This document shows positions 22,423-31,425 of a stretch of 64,000 nucleotides of DNA, piece by piece. Source of the DNA: Myxococcota bacterium (lineage in GTDB: Bacteria; Myxococcota_A; UBA9160; UBA4427); NCBI GenBank assembly GCA_965250285.1, contig OZ252299.1, forward strand, positions 1,312,001 through 1,376,000. Direction: 5' to 3'. How positions within the stretch are numbered: position 1 is the stretch's first letter; each line of letters starts with the position of its first letter. Under the pieces are notes generated by a model. The model had not been told where the DNA came from, did no database searches, and saw nothing but the letters and a program-made list of their open reading frames with translations. The translations under genes were made by a program, and so were the position numbers.

Positions 22423-23700
22423 CTAGCGGCGCTCGAACTCGATCCAGACCGAGGGGTAGCTTCGCAGGATCATGCTGGGCTCGACCTCGGGCTCGGGATG
22501 CGACGTCGACAATCGAAGGTGCTGGAGCCGATCGAGCAGCGCGGCGAAGCCGCGGTTGAGTTCTTGCCGGGACAGCGGCGCGCCGGGGCAGTGGTGTGTC
22601 CCCGAGCCGAACGAGAAGTGCGAGCCCGGGTTCTTGCGGTGAAGATCCACGGCGTCGGGGTTCGGAAACTGACGTTCATCGCGGTTCGCCGCCCCGAATC
22701 GCAGCATGATCATGTCGCCCTTCGCGAGCTTCACGCCGCCGAGCTCGGTGTCTTCGGTGACGAGCCGCGGCAAGCCCTGCACCGGCGCCTCGAGGCGGAG
22801 CGCCTCTTCGACGAAGGCGCGCAGCGCCTTCGCGTCGCCGCGGATCTGATCCTGCAGCTCGGGCTGGCGACACAGCAGCTCCATCGCGAAGCCGAACGAG
22901 CTCGCGGTGGTCTCGTGGCCCGCGACGAGGAACTGGTTGAGGATGCTCCAGAGCTCGGCCGCGTCGAGCCCGCGGTCTTCGCCCTCGAGCAGCCCCTGGG
23001 CGAGCACCGTGGCCATGTCCTCACGCGGATCGTCGCGGCGAGATTCGACGAGGGCGACCATGTCGTCCTGAAGGTCGGCGAGCACCGTTGCGCGGCGCAG
23101 CGTTTCTTCGGGGGGATGGGTCGTCATGCGGAGTGTCGAGGCGGACACGGTCGCCCCCTCGTAGAAGCGCTCGCGATCCGCCTCTTCGACGCCGAGCCGG
23201 TCGGCGATCACCCGAAGCGGCACTGGGTTGCCGAAGGCGGCCATGAAGTCGACCGGCCCGTCGGTCTCGATGAACGCGTCGATCGCTTCATGGATGATCG
23301 CGTCGACCTGGGGCTGGGCCTGCTTGACGCGCCCGGCCGTGAAGAGCTGGCTCACGATCGAGCGGTAGCGGGTGTGCACCGGCTCGTCGGCGGTCAGCAA
23401 CGTGTCGACGGGCATGTGCATGCGTCTTCGCTGGGCGGTGAGCGCCTCCTTGATGTCGGCGGGAATCTCGCCCGCGCCGCCGCCCGCGCCCGCGAGAAAG
23501 AGGCCGAACTGACTGGAGTAGGTCTTCGTGTCGCGGATCGCCTCGTTCACGAGGTCGTACCGGGTCACGACCTTGATGCCGGCGCCCGGGATCTCGTAGA
23601 CGGGCACGTGATCGCGCAGCTGCTTGTACGTCGACCACGGGTCGATGAGGGTCTCGGGTGCGAAGAACGAGATGGCGCCGAGGTCGGGGGCCGAGCTCAT
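22423..23700 (-). CDS. Cytochrome P450
   Basis: AGHETT; EEALR; FGSGTHHCPG. Confidence 0.95.
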   Translation of the reverse strand: MSSAPDLGAISFFAPETLIDPWSTYKQLRDHVPVYEIPGAGIKVVTRYDLVNEAIRDTKTYSSQFGLFLAGAGGGAGEIPADIKEALTAQRRRMHMPVDTLLTADEPVHTRYRSIVSQLFTAGRVKQAQPQVDAIIHEAIDAFIETDGPVDFMAAFGNPVPLRVIADRLGVEEADRERFYEGATVSASTLRMTTHPPEETLRRATVLADLQDDMVALVESRRDDPREDMATVLAQGLLEGEDRGLDAAELWSILNQFLVAGHETTASSFGFAMELLCRQPELQDQIRGDAKALRAFVEEALRLEAPVQGLPRLVTEDTELGGVKLAKGDMIMLRFGAANRDERQFPNPDAVDLHRKNPGSHFSFGSGTHHCPGAPLSRQELNRGFAALLDRLQHLRLSTSHPEPEVEPSMILRSYPSVWIEFERR

Positions 23701-24575
23701 GATGCGTCCTCCGCGCGCTTCGCCTGTTCACGAATGATGCGCGCGCCTGCGGGATCGACGGGGATGCCGTGTACCTGCACGTTGTGCGAGTGCCCGAGCT
23801 GCTGCAGCGACATCGCGGCCTGGAGCGCGTTCCAGAGCCCCTGGGCATCCTGCGCTTGATTGACCGACTGCTTCGCCAGCTTGAGACCCATCGACGGTCG
23901 ACTCGCGATGCGAGAGGCGAGGTCGAGCGTGAAATCGGCGAGATCGCTCGGCGTGACCACGTGGTTCACCATGCCGAGCGCCTTGCCTTCTTCGGCCGAG
24001 ATCGCGTCACCGGTGAAGAGCATCTCTTTCGCTTTGCGCACGCCGAGCTCCCACGGATGCGCGAAGTACTCGACGCCGTTCACGCCGAACGCGACGACCG
24101 GGTCGCTGAACGTCGCGTCGTCGCTCGCGACCACGAGGTCGCAGACCCAGACGAGCATCAGGCCGCCGGCGATCACCTTGCCCTGCACCTGCGCGATCGT
24201 CGGCTTGGGCAGATTTCGCCAGCGCCAGCACAGACCGAGGTAGATCTCGTGCTCGACGGCCATGTGGCCTTCGGCGCCCGGCAGCGTGAACCCGCCCCAG
24301 GCCCCCACCGGCTCGAAGTCGTCGACCGCGCTGCGGTCGCGCAGGTCGTGCCCGGACGAGAAGTGCGGGCCGTCGGCCGCGAGCACGATGCAGCGCACGG
24401 CGTCATCGCGCGCTGCGCGGTCGAACGCCGCGTTCAACTCGTACGTCATGCGCTTGTCCTGTGCATTTCGGGCGTCGGCGCGGGCGAGTACGATGCGCGC
24501 GACCCCCTCGGCCGGCGTCTCCCAGCGGACGTGCTCCCACGCGCTCGGCGCGTCGGGCGAGATGGCTTCGGACAT
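23697..24575 (-). CDS. Enoyl-CoA hydratase/crotonase family
   Basis: FSSGHDL; PKPTIAQVQG; IAGGLML; KAKEMLFTG. Confidence 0.92.
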   Translation of the reverse strand: MSEAISPDAPSAWEHVRWETPAEGVARIVLARADARNAQDKRMTYELNAAFDRAARDDAVRCIVLAADGPHFSSGHDLRDRSAVDDFEPVGAWGGFTLPGAEGHMAVEHEIYLGLCWRWRNLPKPTIAQVQGKVIAGGLMLVWVCDLVVASDDATFSDPVVAFGVNGVEYFAHPWELGVRKAKEMLFTGDAISAEEGKALGMVNHVVTPSDLADFTLDLASRIASRPSMGLKLAKQSVNQAQDAQGLWNALQAAMSLQQLGHSHNVQVHGIPVDPAGARIIREQAKRAEDAS

Positions 24576-24680
24576 GGCTCTCCTCGGCGGGCAGTCCAGT
24601 TGATTTTAACGCGTGCAAATGCTCTCATGAAAGCCCGGATTCGGGCCTTCGGCGAGTCCGGGCACACGGAGGGCCGCGCC

Positions 24681-25652
24681 ATGGATCTCTCGCGGGACGA
24701 CCTGATCGGCGTCTACCGCCGGATGCGCACGATCCGCTCGTTCGAGGAGAAGCTCCTCGAGCTCGTCTCCGCCGGAAAGATCGGCGGCTTCATGCACCTG
24801 TACGCCGGCGAAGAAGCCGTGGCGGTGGGCGTCTGCGACCAGCTCGGCGACGCCGACTGGGTCGGCTCGACCCACCGCGGTCACGGTCACTGCATCGCGA
24901 AGGGCGTCGACGTGAAGGGCATGGTGGCCGAGCTCTTCGGGCGCGCGACCGGCACGAACCGCGGCAAGGGCGGCTCGATGCACATTGCCGACGTGCACAA
25001 GGGCATGCTCGGCGCGAACGGCATCGTGGGCGGGGGGATTCCGCTGGTCACCGGTGCGGCGCTGACCGCGCAGGTGCAGGGCACGCGCAACGTGGCGGTC
25101 GGGTTCTTCGGCGATGGCGCGACGAACCAGGGGCAGTTCCACGAATCGCTCACGATGGCTTCGAACTGGGGCCTGCCTGCGCTCTACGTGTGTGAGAACA
25201 ACGGTTTCGGTGAGTTCACGCCCACCGAGTTCGTCGTGCCGGTGAAGGACATCATCGAGCGCGCCGCCGCCTACGGCATGCGCGCCGTCATCGCCGACGG
25301 CATGGACTACTTCGACGTCGCCGCGAAGGCGGCCGAGGCGATCGAAATCGCGCGCGACGGCGGTGGCCCCACTTTGCTCGAGTGCAAGACGTACCGCTTC
25401 TACGGCCACTACGTCGGGGACCCGGTGGTGTATCGCAACAAGGAAGAGGCCGAGGACTGGATCCAGAACCGCGATCCGCTCGCGCTCTTCGAGACGAAGG
25501 TCACCGAGTCGGGGGTCGTCGACGGCGATGCGCTGCGCACGGTCGACGGCGAGGTCGAGCAGCTGATGCGCGAGGCGGTCGAAGAGGCCGACGCGGCCCC
25601 GTTCCCGAAGCCGGCCGACGTTCTGACCGACGTCTACACGAGGTACGAGTGA
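24681..25652 (+). CDS. acoA: ThDP-dependent dehydrogenase E1 alpha (acetoin dehydrogenase-like)
   Basis: HLYAGEEAVA; STHRGHGH; GKGGSMH; GDGA...ENN ThDP motif; YRFYGH. Confidence 0.85.
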   Translation: MDLSRDDLIGVYRRMRTIRSFEEKLLELVSAGKIGGFMHLYAGEEAVAVGVCDQLGDADWVGSTHRGHGHCIAKGVDVKGMVAELFGRATGTNRGKGGSMHIADVHKGMLGANGIVGGGIPLVTGAALTAQVQGTRNVAVGFFGDGATNQGQFHESLTMASNWGLPALYVCENNGFGEFTPTEFVVPVKDIIERAAAYGMRAVIADGMDYFDVAAKAAEAIEIARDGGGPTLLECKTYRFYGHYVGDPVVYRNKEEAEDWIQNRDPLALFETKVTESGVVDGDALRTVDGEVEQLMREAVEEADAAPFPKPADVLTDVYTRYE

Positions 25653-25730
25653 TCGGTCCGGACCGAACGCGCGCGTTCGCTCCCCAACCGATGATGGCTC
25701 AGTTCGACACGCACACGAGGTACGAGTGAT
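25636..25730 (+). repeat. 18-bp direct repeat (ACACGAGGTACGAGTGAT) at 25636 and 25713
   Basis: Exact copies, each containing a stop codon and GAGG; the spacer contains palindromes CGGTCCGGACCG and GAACGCGCGCGTTC. Confidence 0.85.
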
Positions 25731-26736
25731 GGGACGACAGCTTCCCTTTGGCGCTGCGGTCAACGAGGCGATCGCGATCGCGATGCGCAGCGATCCCAAC
25801 GTGATCCTGATCGGCGAGGACGTCGCCGGCGGCGGCGATCGCACGAAGGACGGCACCGAGGAGATGGGCGGGGTGCTCGGCACGACCAAGGGCCTCGTGG
25901 GTGAGTTCGGGATGAATCGCGTGCGCGACACGCCGATTGCCGAGATGGGACTCATCGGCACCGCGGTCGGCGCCGCCGCCACGGGTCTGCGGCCCGTCGC
26001 CGAGCTGATGTTCATGGACTTTCTCGGGACGAGTCTCGATCCGCTGCTCAATCAAGCGGCCAAGCTCCGCTACATGCTCGGCGGCAAGGTCAAGGTGCCG
26101 CTCACGGTGCGCACGGTGAGTGGGGCCGGCATGCAGGCCGCGGCCCAGCACTCGCAGTCGCTCTACTGGATGACGACGGGTATCCCCGGCATCAAGACGG
26201 TGATCCCCTCGAACCCCTACGACGCCAAGGGGTTGCTGCTCGCCTCGATTCGCGACGACGACCCCGTCGTCTTCTGTGAATCGAAGGGGGTGCTCGGCAC
26301 GATGGCCGAGGTGCCCGAAGACGACTATGAGCTGCCGATCGGCCAGGCGCACGTGGTGCGCGAGGGCAGCGACGTGTCGCTCGTCGGGTTCGGTGCCACC
26401 GTGAAGGTCGCGCTCGCGGCGGCCGAGGCCCTCGAAGGCGCCGGAACCAGCGTCGAGGTGATCGATCTGCGCTCGCTCTCACCGATCGACGAGGCGACGC
26501 TGCTCGCGTCGCTCGAGAAGACCGGCCGCATGGTGATCGTCGACGAGTCGACGCCGCGTTGCTCGGTGGCGCGCGACATCGCCGCGGTCTGCGTCGACAA
26601 GGGCTTCGACTTTCTGAACGCGCCGGTCAAGTGCGTGACGGCCCCCCACACGCCGGTGCCGTTCAGCGGCCCCCTCGAGCAAGCCTTCATGCCGAGTGCC
26701 CAGGACGTGCTCGACGCCGTCGGGGAGATGGGCTGA
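25729..26736 (+). CDS. acoB: ThDP-dependent dehydrogenase E1 beta (acetoin dehydrogenase-like)
   Basis: IGEDVAGG; RVRDTPIAE; AAAQHSQS; EVIDLRSLSP. Confidence 0.85.
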   Translation: MGRQLPFGAAVNEAIAIAMRSDPNVILIGEDVAGGGDRTKDGTEEMGGVLGTTKGLVGEFGMNRVRDTPIAEMGLIGTAVGAAATGLRPVAELMFMDFLGTSLDPLLNQAAKLRYMLGGKVKVPLTVRTVSGAGMQAAAQHSQSLYWMTTGIPGIKTVIPSNPYDAKGLLLASIRDDDPVVFCESKGVLGTMAEVPEDDYELPIGQAHVVREGSDVSLVGFGATVKVALAAAEALEGAGTSVEVIDLRSLSPIDEATLLASLEKTGRMVIVDESTPRCSVARDIAAVCVDKGFDFLNAPVKCVTAPHTPVPFSGPLEQAFMPSAQDVLDAVGEMG

Positions 26737-28019
26737 TGGGGGCCCACGCCATCGCGATGCCGAGCCTCGGCATGACCATGGAAGAGGGCACGGTGCTCGA
26801 CTGGCCGCTCTCGGTGGGCGACGCGGTCGCCAAGGGCGACGTCGTGCTCGTGATCGAGTCGGAGAAGACCGAAAGCGAAGTCGAGGCCGTCGCCGCGGGC
26901 TTCTTCCGCCACGTCTACGTCGACGCCGATGAGACGGTGCCCTGCGGCACGCTGCTCGGGGCGATCACCGACACCGCCGAAGAGCCCTTCGACGCCGAGG
27001 CGTTCCGCGCCGAGCACGATCGGCCGAGCGAGTCGACCGGCGGGCTCCAGGTGCGCGGCATCGGGAAAGCTGCGCCCGACGAGCAGGTCGCTCCCGCGGC
27101 GCGCGCCGACAAGCCGGTGGCCCCGGCGGCGCGCGCGGCCGCGAAGAAGCTCGGCGTCGATCCCCAGCAGATCCCGGGCACCGGCCCGAAGGGTCGCGTG
27201 ACGAAGGAGGACGTCGAGGCGTTCGCTGCCGCGCGCGAGGCGCTCGTCGACGTCGGCGACGGGGTTGCACTCGAGGTCTTGAGCGAGGGGCAGGGCGACC
27301 GTGTGGTGCTGTTGCCGGGGCTCGGGACCGACGTGTCGGCGTTCGTGCGTCAGACCCCGATGCTCGCCGAGCGCTTCGAAGTGCACGCCGTGAACCCGCG
27401 CGGTGTCGGGCTCTCGGATGCGCCCGAAGCCGACGTCTACGACGTCGGCCGCATGGCGACCGAGGCGGCCGCCAGCTTCGAAGGCGCGGCCCATGTCGTC
27501 GGCGCGAGCCTTGGCGCGGCCACTGCCCTCGAGCTCGCCCTCGCGCACCCCGGACGCGCCCGCTCGCTCACGCTGATCACGCCCTTCGTCGAAGCGAGTG
27601 CGCGACTGCGCGCGCTCGCCGACGGCTGGTCACGGGTGGCGGGCGAGGCGTCGGCCGAGACCCTCGCCGCGTCGCTGCTGCCCTGGTTCTTCTCGGCCGG
27701 CTTCCTCGCCGACGAGACTGCGCGCGGTCGGACACTGCGCGGCCTCGCGCAGACGGTGGCCCGGGTACCGGCGTCGACGATCGCTCGCATGGCGGCCGGG
27801 ATCGCGGCGTGGTCGGGTTCACGGGTCGAGGATCTCGCCCGAATCGACGCACCGACGCTCGTGATCGCCGCCGGTGACGATCTGCTGACGCCCGGCGCCG
27901 AGGCGATCGCACAGGCGATCCCCGGTGCGAAGCTCGTCGTCGTGGAAGGCGCGGGGCACGCCGTCGCGCTCGAGGCAGCCGAAGCGGTCAACGAAGCCCT
28001 GGCCGCACATCTCGGCTGA
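26736..28019 (+). CDS. acoC: Lipoyl + E3-binding + alpha/beta-hydrolase protein (AcoC-type E2)
   Basis: MPSLGMTMEEG, ESEKT lipoyl Lys; GTGPKGRVTKEDV; GASLG...D...AGH hydrolase triad. Confidence 0.8.
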   Translation: MGAHAIAMPSLGMTMEEGTVLDWPLSVGDAVAKGDVVLVIESEKTESEVEAVAAGFFRHVYVDADETVPCGTLLGAITDTAEEPFDAEAFRAEHDRPSESTGGLQVRGIGKAAPDEQVAPAARADKPVAPAARAAAKKLGVDPQQIPGTGPKGRVTKEDVEAFAAAREALVDVGDGVALEVLSEGQGDRVVLLPGLGTDVSAFVRQTPMLAERFEVHAVNPRGVGLSDAPEADVYDVGRMATEAAASFEGAAHVVGASLGAATALELALAHPGRARSLTLITPFVEASARLRALADGWSRVAGEASAETLAASLLPWFFSAGFLADETARGRTLRGLAQTVARVPASTIARMAAGIAAWSGSRVEDLARIDAPTLVIAAGDDLLTPGAEAIAQAIPGAKLVVVEGAGHAVALEAAEAVNEALAAHLG

Positions 28020-28073
28020 GGCGATCCCACGCGGGCGTGCTCAGCGCGTCGCGGTCGAGCTGGAGAAGCCCAG

Positions 28074-29597
28074 ATGGTCGCCTTCGCGAAGCAGCGAGCC
28101 GAAGCCCACCCCGACGAGATCGCGCTGCGCGATCCCGACCGGGCCTTCACGTGGGCCGAGGTCGATGCACTGCTGAACCGCGTGGCGAACGCGCTGCTCG
28201 CGGTCGACCTCGGCGTGCACCACCGCATCGCGGTGTTCGCCGAGAACGCCGCCGAGACGGCGCTGGCCCACATGGGCGGCCTGATCGGCGGCGCGTCGAC
28301 GGTGCCGGTCAACTTTCACCTCACCGCCGAAGAGGTGGCGTACATCCTCGAAGACTCGGGGGCGACCCTGCTCTTCGTCGGCCCCGAGACGGCCGAACGC
28401 GGCGTTGTCGCCGCGCGCCGCGCGGGTGTCGCCGACGTGATCGGCTGGCGCTGCGACGGCGTCGAGGGCGTGCGGTCATGGGTCGACTGGCTCGCGGAGA
28501 GCCGCGACGACGATCCGCCGACTGGCCACGCCCCGCGGCCCAACCTGCTCTACACGTCGGGCACGACCGGGCGACCCAAGGGCACCGAGCTGCCGCCGAC
28601 GATGTTCGCGGCGGGCGAGACCATCGCCGAACACCTCGAGAACGTCGCCAAGAGCCCGCTGGCTGCGCCGGGGATCCACGGCGTCGTCGGGCCGCTCTAT
28701 CACACGGGTCCGCTCGCGGGCTCGCGCAGCCTGGTGGCGGGAGTGCCGATCGTGATCCTCGGTCGCTTCGACGCCGAAGCGACGCTGCGCGCGATCCAGG
28801 ATCATCGCATCGCGGGCACCGTCATGGTGCCGACCCACTTCGTTCGTCTGCTCGCCCTGCCCGAACCCGTGCGGGCGCAGTACGACCTGTCGAGCTTGCG
28901 CGTCGTGTCGCACACCGGTGCGGCGTGTCCCGTCGACGTCAAGCGGGCGATGATCGACTGGTTCGGGCCCGTGCTCTTCGAGGCGTACGGCGCGAGCGAG
29001 GTCGGCACGACGTGCGCGATCACCTCGCAGGACTGGCTCGAGCACCCGGGCTCGGTGGGACGCCCCCTGCCGCCCTTCGAGGTGCTGGTGGTCGATGACG
29101 ACGGCCACGAGCTGCCCGCCGGCGAGGAGGGGCGGCTCTACTTCGTCGACACGACGGGCCGCGGGGTCGTCTATCACAACGACCCCGAGAAATCGGCGGC
29201 GGCGCACCTGCGGCCCGGCGTCTTCACGCTGGGCGAGATCGGCTATGTCGATGCCGACGGCTTCGTCTTCATCACCGATCGCTTCAGCGACATGGTGGTG
29301 TCGGGGGGCGTGAACATCTATCCCGCCGAGAGCGAGAAGGAGCTGATCAACCATCCGGGCATCGCCGACGTGGCGTGCATCGGCGTGCCTCACACCGAGA
29401 TGGGCGAAGAGCTCAAGGCGCTCGTGATCCCCGAAGACCCAGCGGCGCCCCCCGGCGAGCGCGAGATCCTCGACTGGATCCGCGCGCGGATCGCGACCTA
29501 CAAGTGCCCGCGCAGCGTCGAGTTCGTAGGCGACCTCGGCCGCAACAGCATGGGCAAGATCAACAAACGAAAGCTCCGGGCGCCCTACTGGGATTAG
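28074..29597 (+). CDS. Acyl-CoA synthetase (AMP-binding)
   Basis: YTSGTTGRPKG; EAYGASE; SGGVNIYPAE; GKINKRKLR. Confidence 0.93.
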   Translation: MVAFAKQRAEAHPDEIALRDPDRAFTWAEVDALLNRVANALLAVDLGVHHRIAVFAENAAETALAHMGGLIGGASTVPVNFHLTAEEVAYILEDSGATLLFVGPETAERGVVAARRAGVADVIGWRCDGVEGVRSWVDWLAESRDDDPPTGHAPRPNLLYTSGTTGRPKGTELPPTMFAAGETIAEHLENVAKSPLAAPGIHGVVGPLYHTGPLAGSRSLVAGVPIVILGRFDAEATLRAIQDHRIAGTVMVPTHFVRLLALPEPVRAQYDLSSLRVVSHTGAACPVDVKRAMIDWFGPVLFEAYGASEVGTTCAITSQDWLEHPGSVGRPLPPFEVLVVDDDGHELPAGEEGRLYFVDTTGRGVVYHNDPEKSAAAHLRPGVFTLGEIGYVDADGFVFITDRFSDMVVSGGVNIYPAESEKELINHPGIADVACIGVPHTEMGEELKALVIPEDPAAPPGEREILDWIRARIATYKCPRSVEFVGDLGRNSMGKINKRKLRAPYWD

Positions 29598-29640
29598 GGT
29601 GTTTCGGGCGCGAAATCGGCGCCTCGGCGCGCTCACGCGC

Positions 29641-29671
29641 TTGACGGCCCCGCGCTTTATCGTGTTAAAAT
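29641..29671 (+). promoter_or_regulatory. Putative promoter/operator of tetR
   Basis: TTGACG ... TGT-TAAAAT ending 10 nt before the ATG; no SD, so possibly near-leaderless. Confidence 0.5.
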
Positions 29672-29681
29672 CGGTTCGACC

Positions 29682-30353
29682 ATGACCCGTGTCGCCGAGC
29701 AGATGGCCGAGCGCCGAGAGCGCATCCTCGAGGCCGCCCGTGAGATCGTCGCCGAGCGCGGCTTCGACGGTCTGACGGTGCGCGAGCTCGCGCGCGTCGC
29801 CGGGGTGACCGCCCCGACGATCTACAACCTCGTCGGCAACCGCGATCAGGTGCTCGTGGCCGCCGTGGCAGAGCAGACCGAGCGCTTCCTGGCCAGCATC
29901 GAGCGCGCCGAAGGCGACGTGCTCGCCGTCGTCGACGCGAACCTGAACGAGCTGCTGCGCCGTCCGCGCTACTACCGCTCGCTGCTGCGCCTGTTGGTCA
30001 GCAGTGAGGCAGCGGCGCCGGCCCGTCGAGACGTCAGTCGCGCACTCCAGGGTCAGCTGCGCGACGCCCTCGGTGAGCTCGCCGAAGAGGGCGGCGTCGA
30101 AGCCTGGGTCGACCTCGACGCGCTGACCGCCCAGCTCGGGAGCGTGCTCTGGGGGGCCAGTGTGGGCTGGGCGCACGAGTGGCTCTCGGATGAGCGCTTC
30201 GCGCGCCAGGAGCGACTGGGTGTCGCCTACCTGATGGTCGGCGCGACGCTGGGCGCGGCGCGAACGCAGTACGTCGACGTCGTCGAAGCGCTGCAGTCGG
30301 GCGACACCGATGCGGGTCTGGCCCCCGTCACCTCACTCGAGGGCCGCAGATGA
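29682..30353 (+). CDS. TetR/AcrR family transcriptional regulator
   Basis: RERILEAAREIVAERGFDGLTVRELARVAGVTAPTIYN HTH. Confidence 0.93.
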   Translation: MTRVAEQMAERRERILEAAREIVAERGFDGLTVRELARVAGVTAPTIYNLVGNRDQVLVAAVAEQTERFLASIERAEGDVLAVVDANLNELLRRPRYYRSLLRLLVSSEAAAPARRDVSRALQGQLRDALGELAEEGGVEAWVDLDALTAQLGSVLWGASVGWAHEWLSDERFARQERLGVAYLMVGATLGAARTQYVDVVEALQSGDTDAGLAPVTSLEGRR

Positions 30354-31378
30354 GAATGCAGCACCCGCTCACCCAGGCGATGTACCGCCTGATCGACGAC
30401 GACCTCGTCGAGGTCGAGCTCGAAGGGCGCACGGGGGTGTTTCGAGCCGATGGTCGCCATGTGCGCGGCGATCTCAAGGCGGCCGACCCCCACCTGATCG
30501 TCTTCATGATCGGCTCGGAACGCATGGCGCGACGGAGAACCCGGCGCGCGTCCACGAACGATGGCGTGGCTCTCCCGACGCTCGGGACCGGCACGCGCGG
30601 AAGAGGGAGCAAGAGTTTCATGGATCTCGGACTCGAAGGCAGGAAGGCGGTCATCACCGCCGCGTCGCGCGGTATCGGTCTCGCGATCGCCCAGCAGCTC
30701 GCCGATCTCGGCTGCGACATCGCGATCTGCGCGCGCAGCGAGGGGGGCCTCGAATCGGCGCGCAAGGATCTCGAAGCGCGCGGCGCCACCGTGTTCACGA
30801 GCGCGCTCGACGTCGGGGATGGCGAGGCGCTTCAGCAGTTCGTCGCCGATGCGGCGAGCGAACTCGGCGGCATCGACATCTACGTGGCGAATGCCTCGGC
30901 GGGCGGCGCCCCGGGCGCCGACGCCTGGCAGGCGAACTTCGACATCGACGTGATGGGTGCCGTACGCGGTGTCGACGCGGCGCTGCCGAGCCTCGCCGAG
31001 AGCGACGCAGCGAGCGTCGTTTTCATCAGCTCGACCGCCGCGCTCGAGTTCCTCGGCGTCCCCCAGGCGTACAACGCGATGAAGGCGGCGCTGATCACCC
31101 ACGCCGGCGACCTCAGCCAGGCGCTGGCCGGGCAGGGCGTGCGCGTCAACGTCGTGTCGCCGGGGCCCGTGTACTTCGAGGGCGGCAACTGGGACATGAT
31201 CAAGAACGCGATGCCCGCGATCTACGAGAACGCGCTGTCACAGTGCGCGATCGGCCGCATGGGCACGCCCGAGGAGGTGGCGCGGGCGGTCGCGTTCCTG
31301 TCGAGCCCCGCTGCGAGCCTGATCACCGGCGCCAACCTCGTCGCCGACGGGGGCTTCACCAAGCGCGTGCCCTTCTAG
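30350..31378 (+). CDS. SDR oxidoreductase (domain starts at ATG 30620) with an in-frame ~90-aa N-terminal module
   Basis: TAASRGIG, YNAMK, VRVNVVSPG in the SDR part; upstream ATG overlaps the tetR stop; second SD (GAGGGAG) before 30620. Confidence 0.85.
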   Translation: MRMQHPLTQAMYRLIDDDLVEVELEGRTGVFRADGRHVRGDLKAADPHLIVFMIGSERMARRRTRRASTNDGVALPTLGTGTRGRGSKSFMDLGLEGRKAVITAASRGIGLAIAQQLADLGCDIAICARSEGGLESARKDLEARGATVFTSALDVGDGEALQQFVADAASELGGIDIYVANASAGGAPGADAWQANFDIDVMGAVRGVDAALPSLAESDAASVVFISSTAALEFLGVPQAYNAMKAALITHAGDLSQALAGQGVRVNVVSPGPVYFEGGNWDMIKNAMPAIYENALSQCAIGRMGTPEEVARAVAFLSSPAASLITGANLVADGGFTKRVPF

Positions 31379-31425
31379 GTCGCGTGCACGGTCGCGCCGT
31401 TCGCGGCGCAACGGGGAGGAACGGC

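Noticed and set aside
23769..25652. Apparent long N-terminal extensions in the ORF track (acoA, nadK, leuA, Rieske, YkgJ, asd-like)
   Set aside because: Stop-free upstream frames that overlap real neighbouring genes; better starts lie downstream
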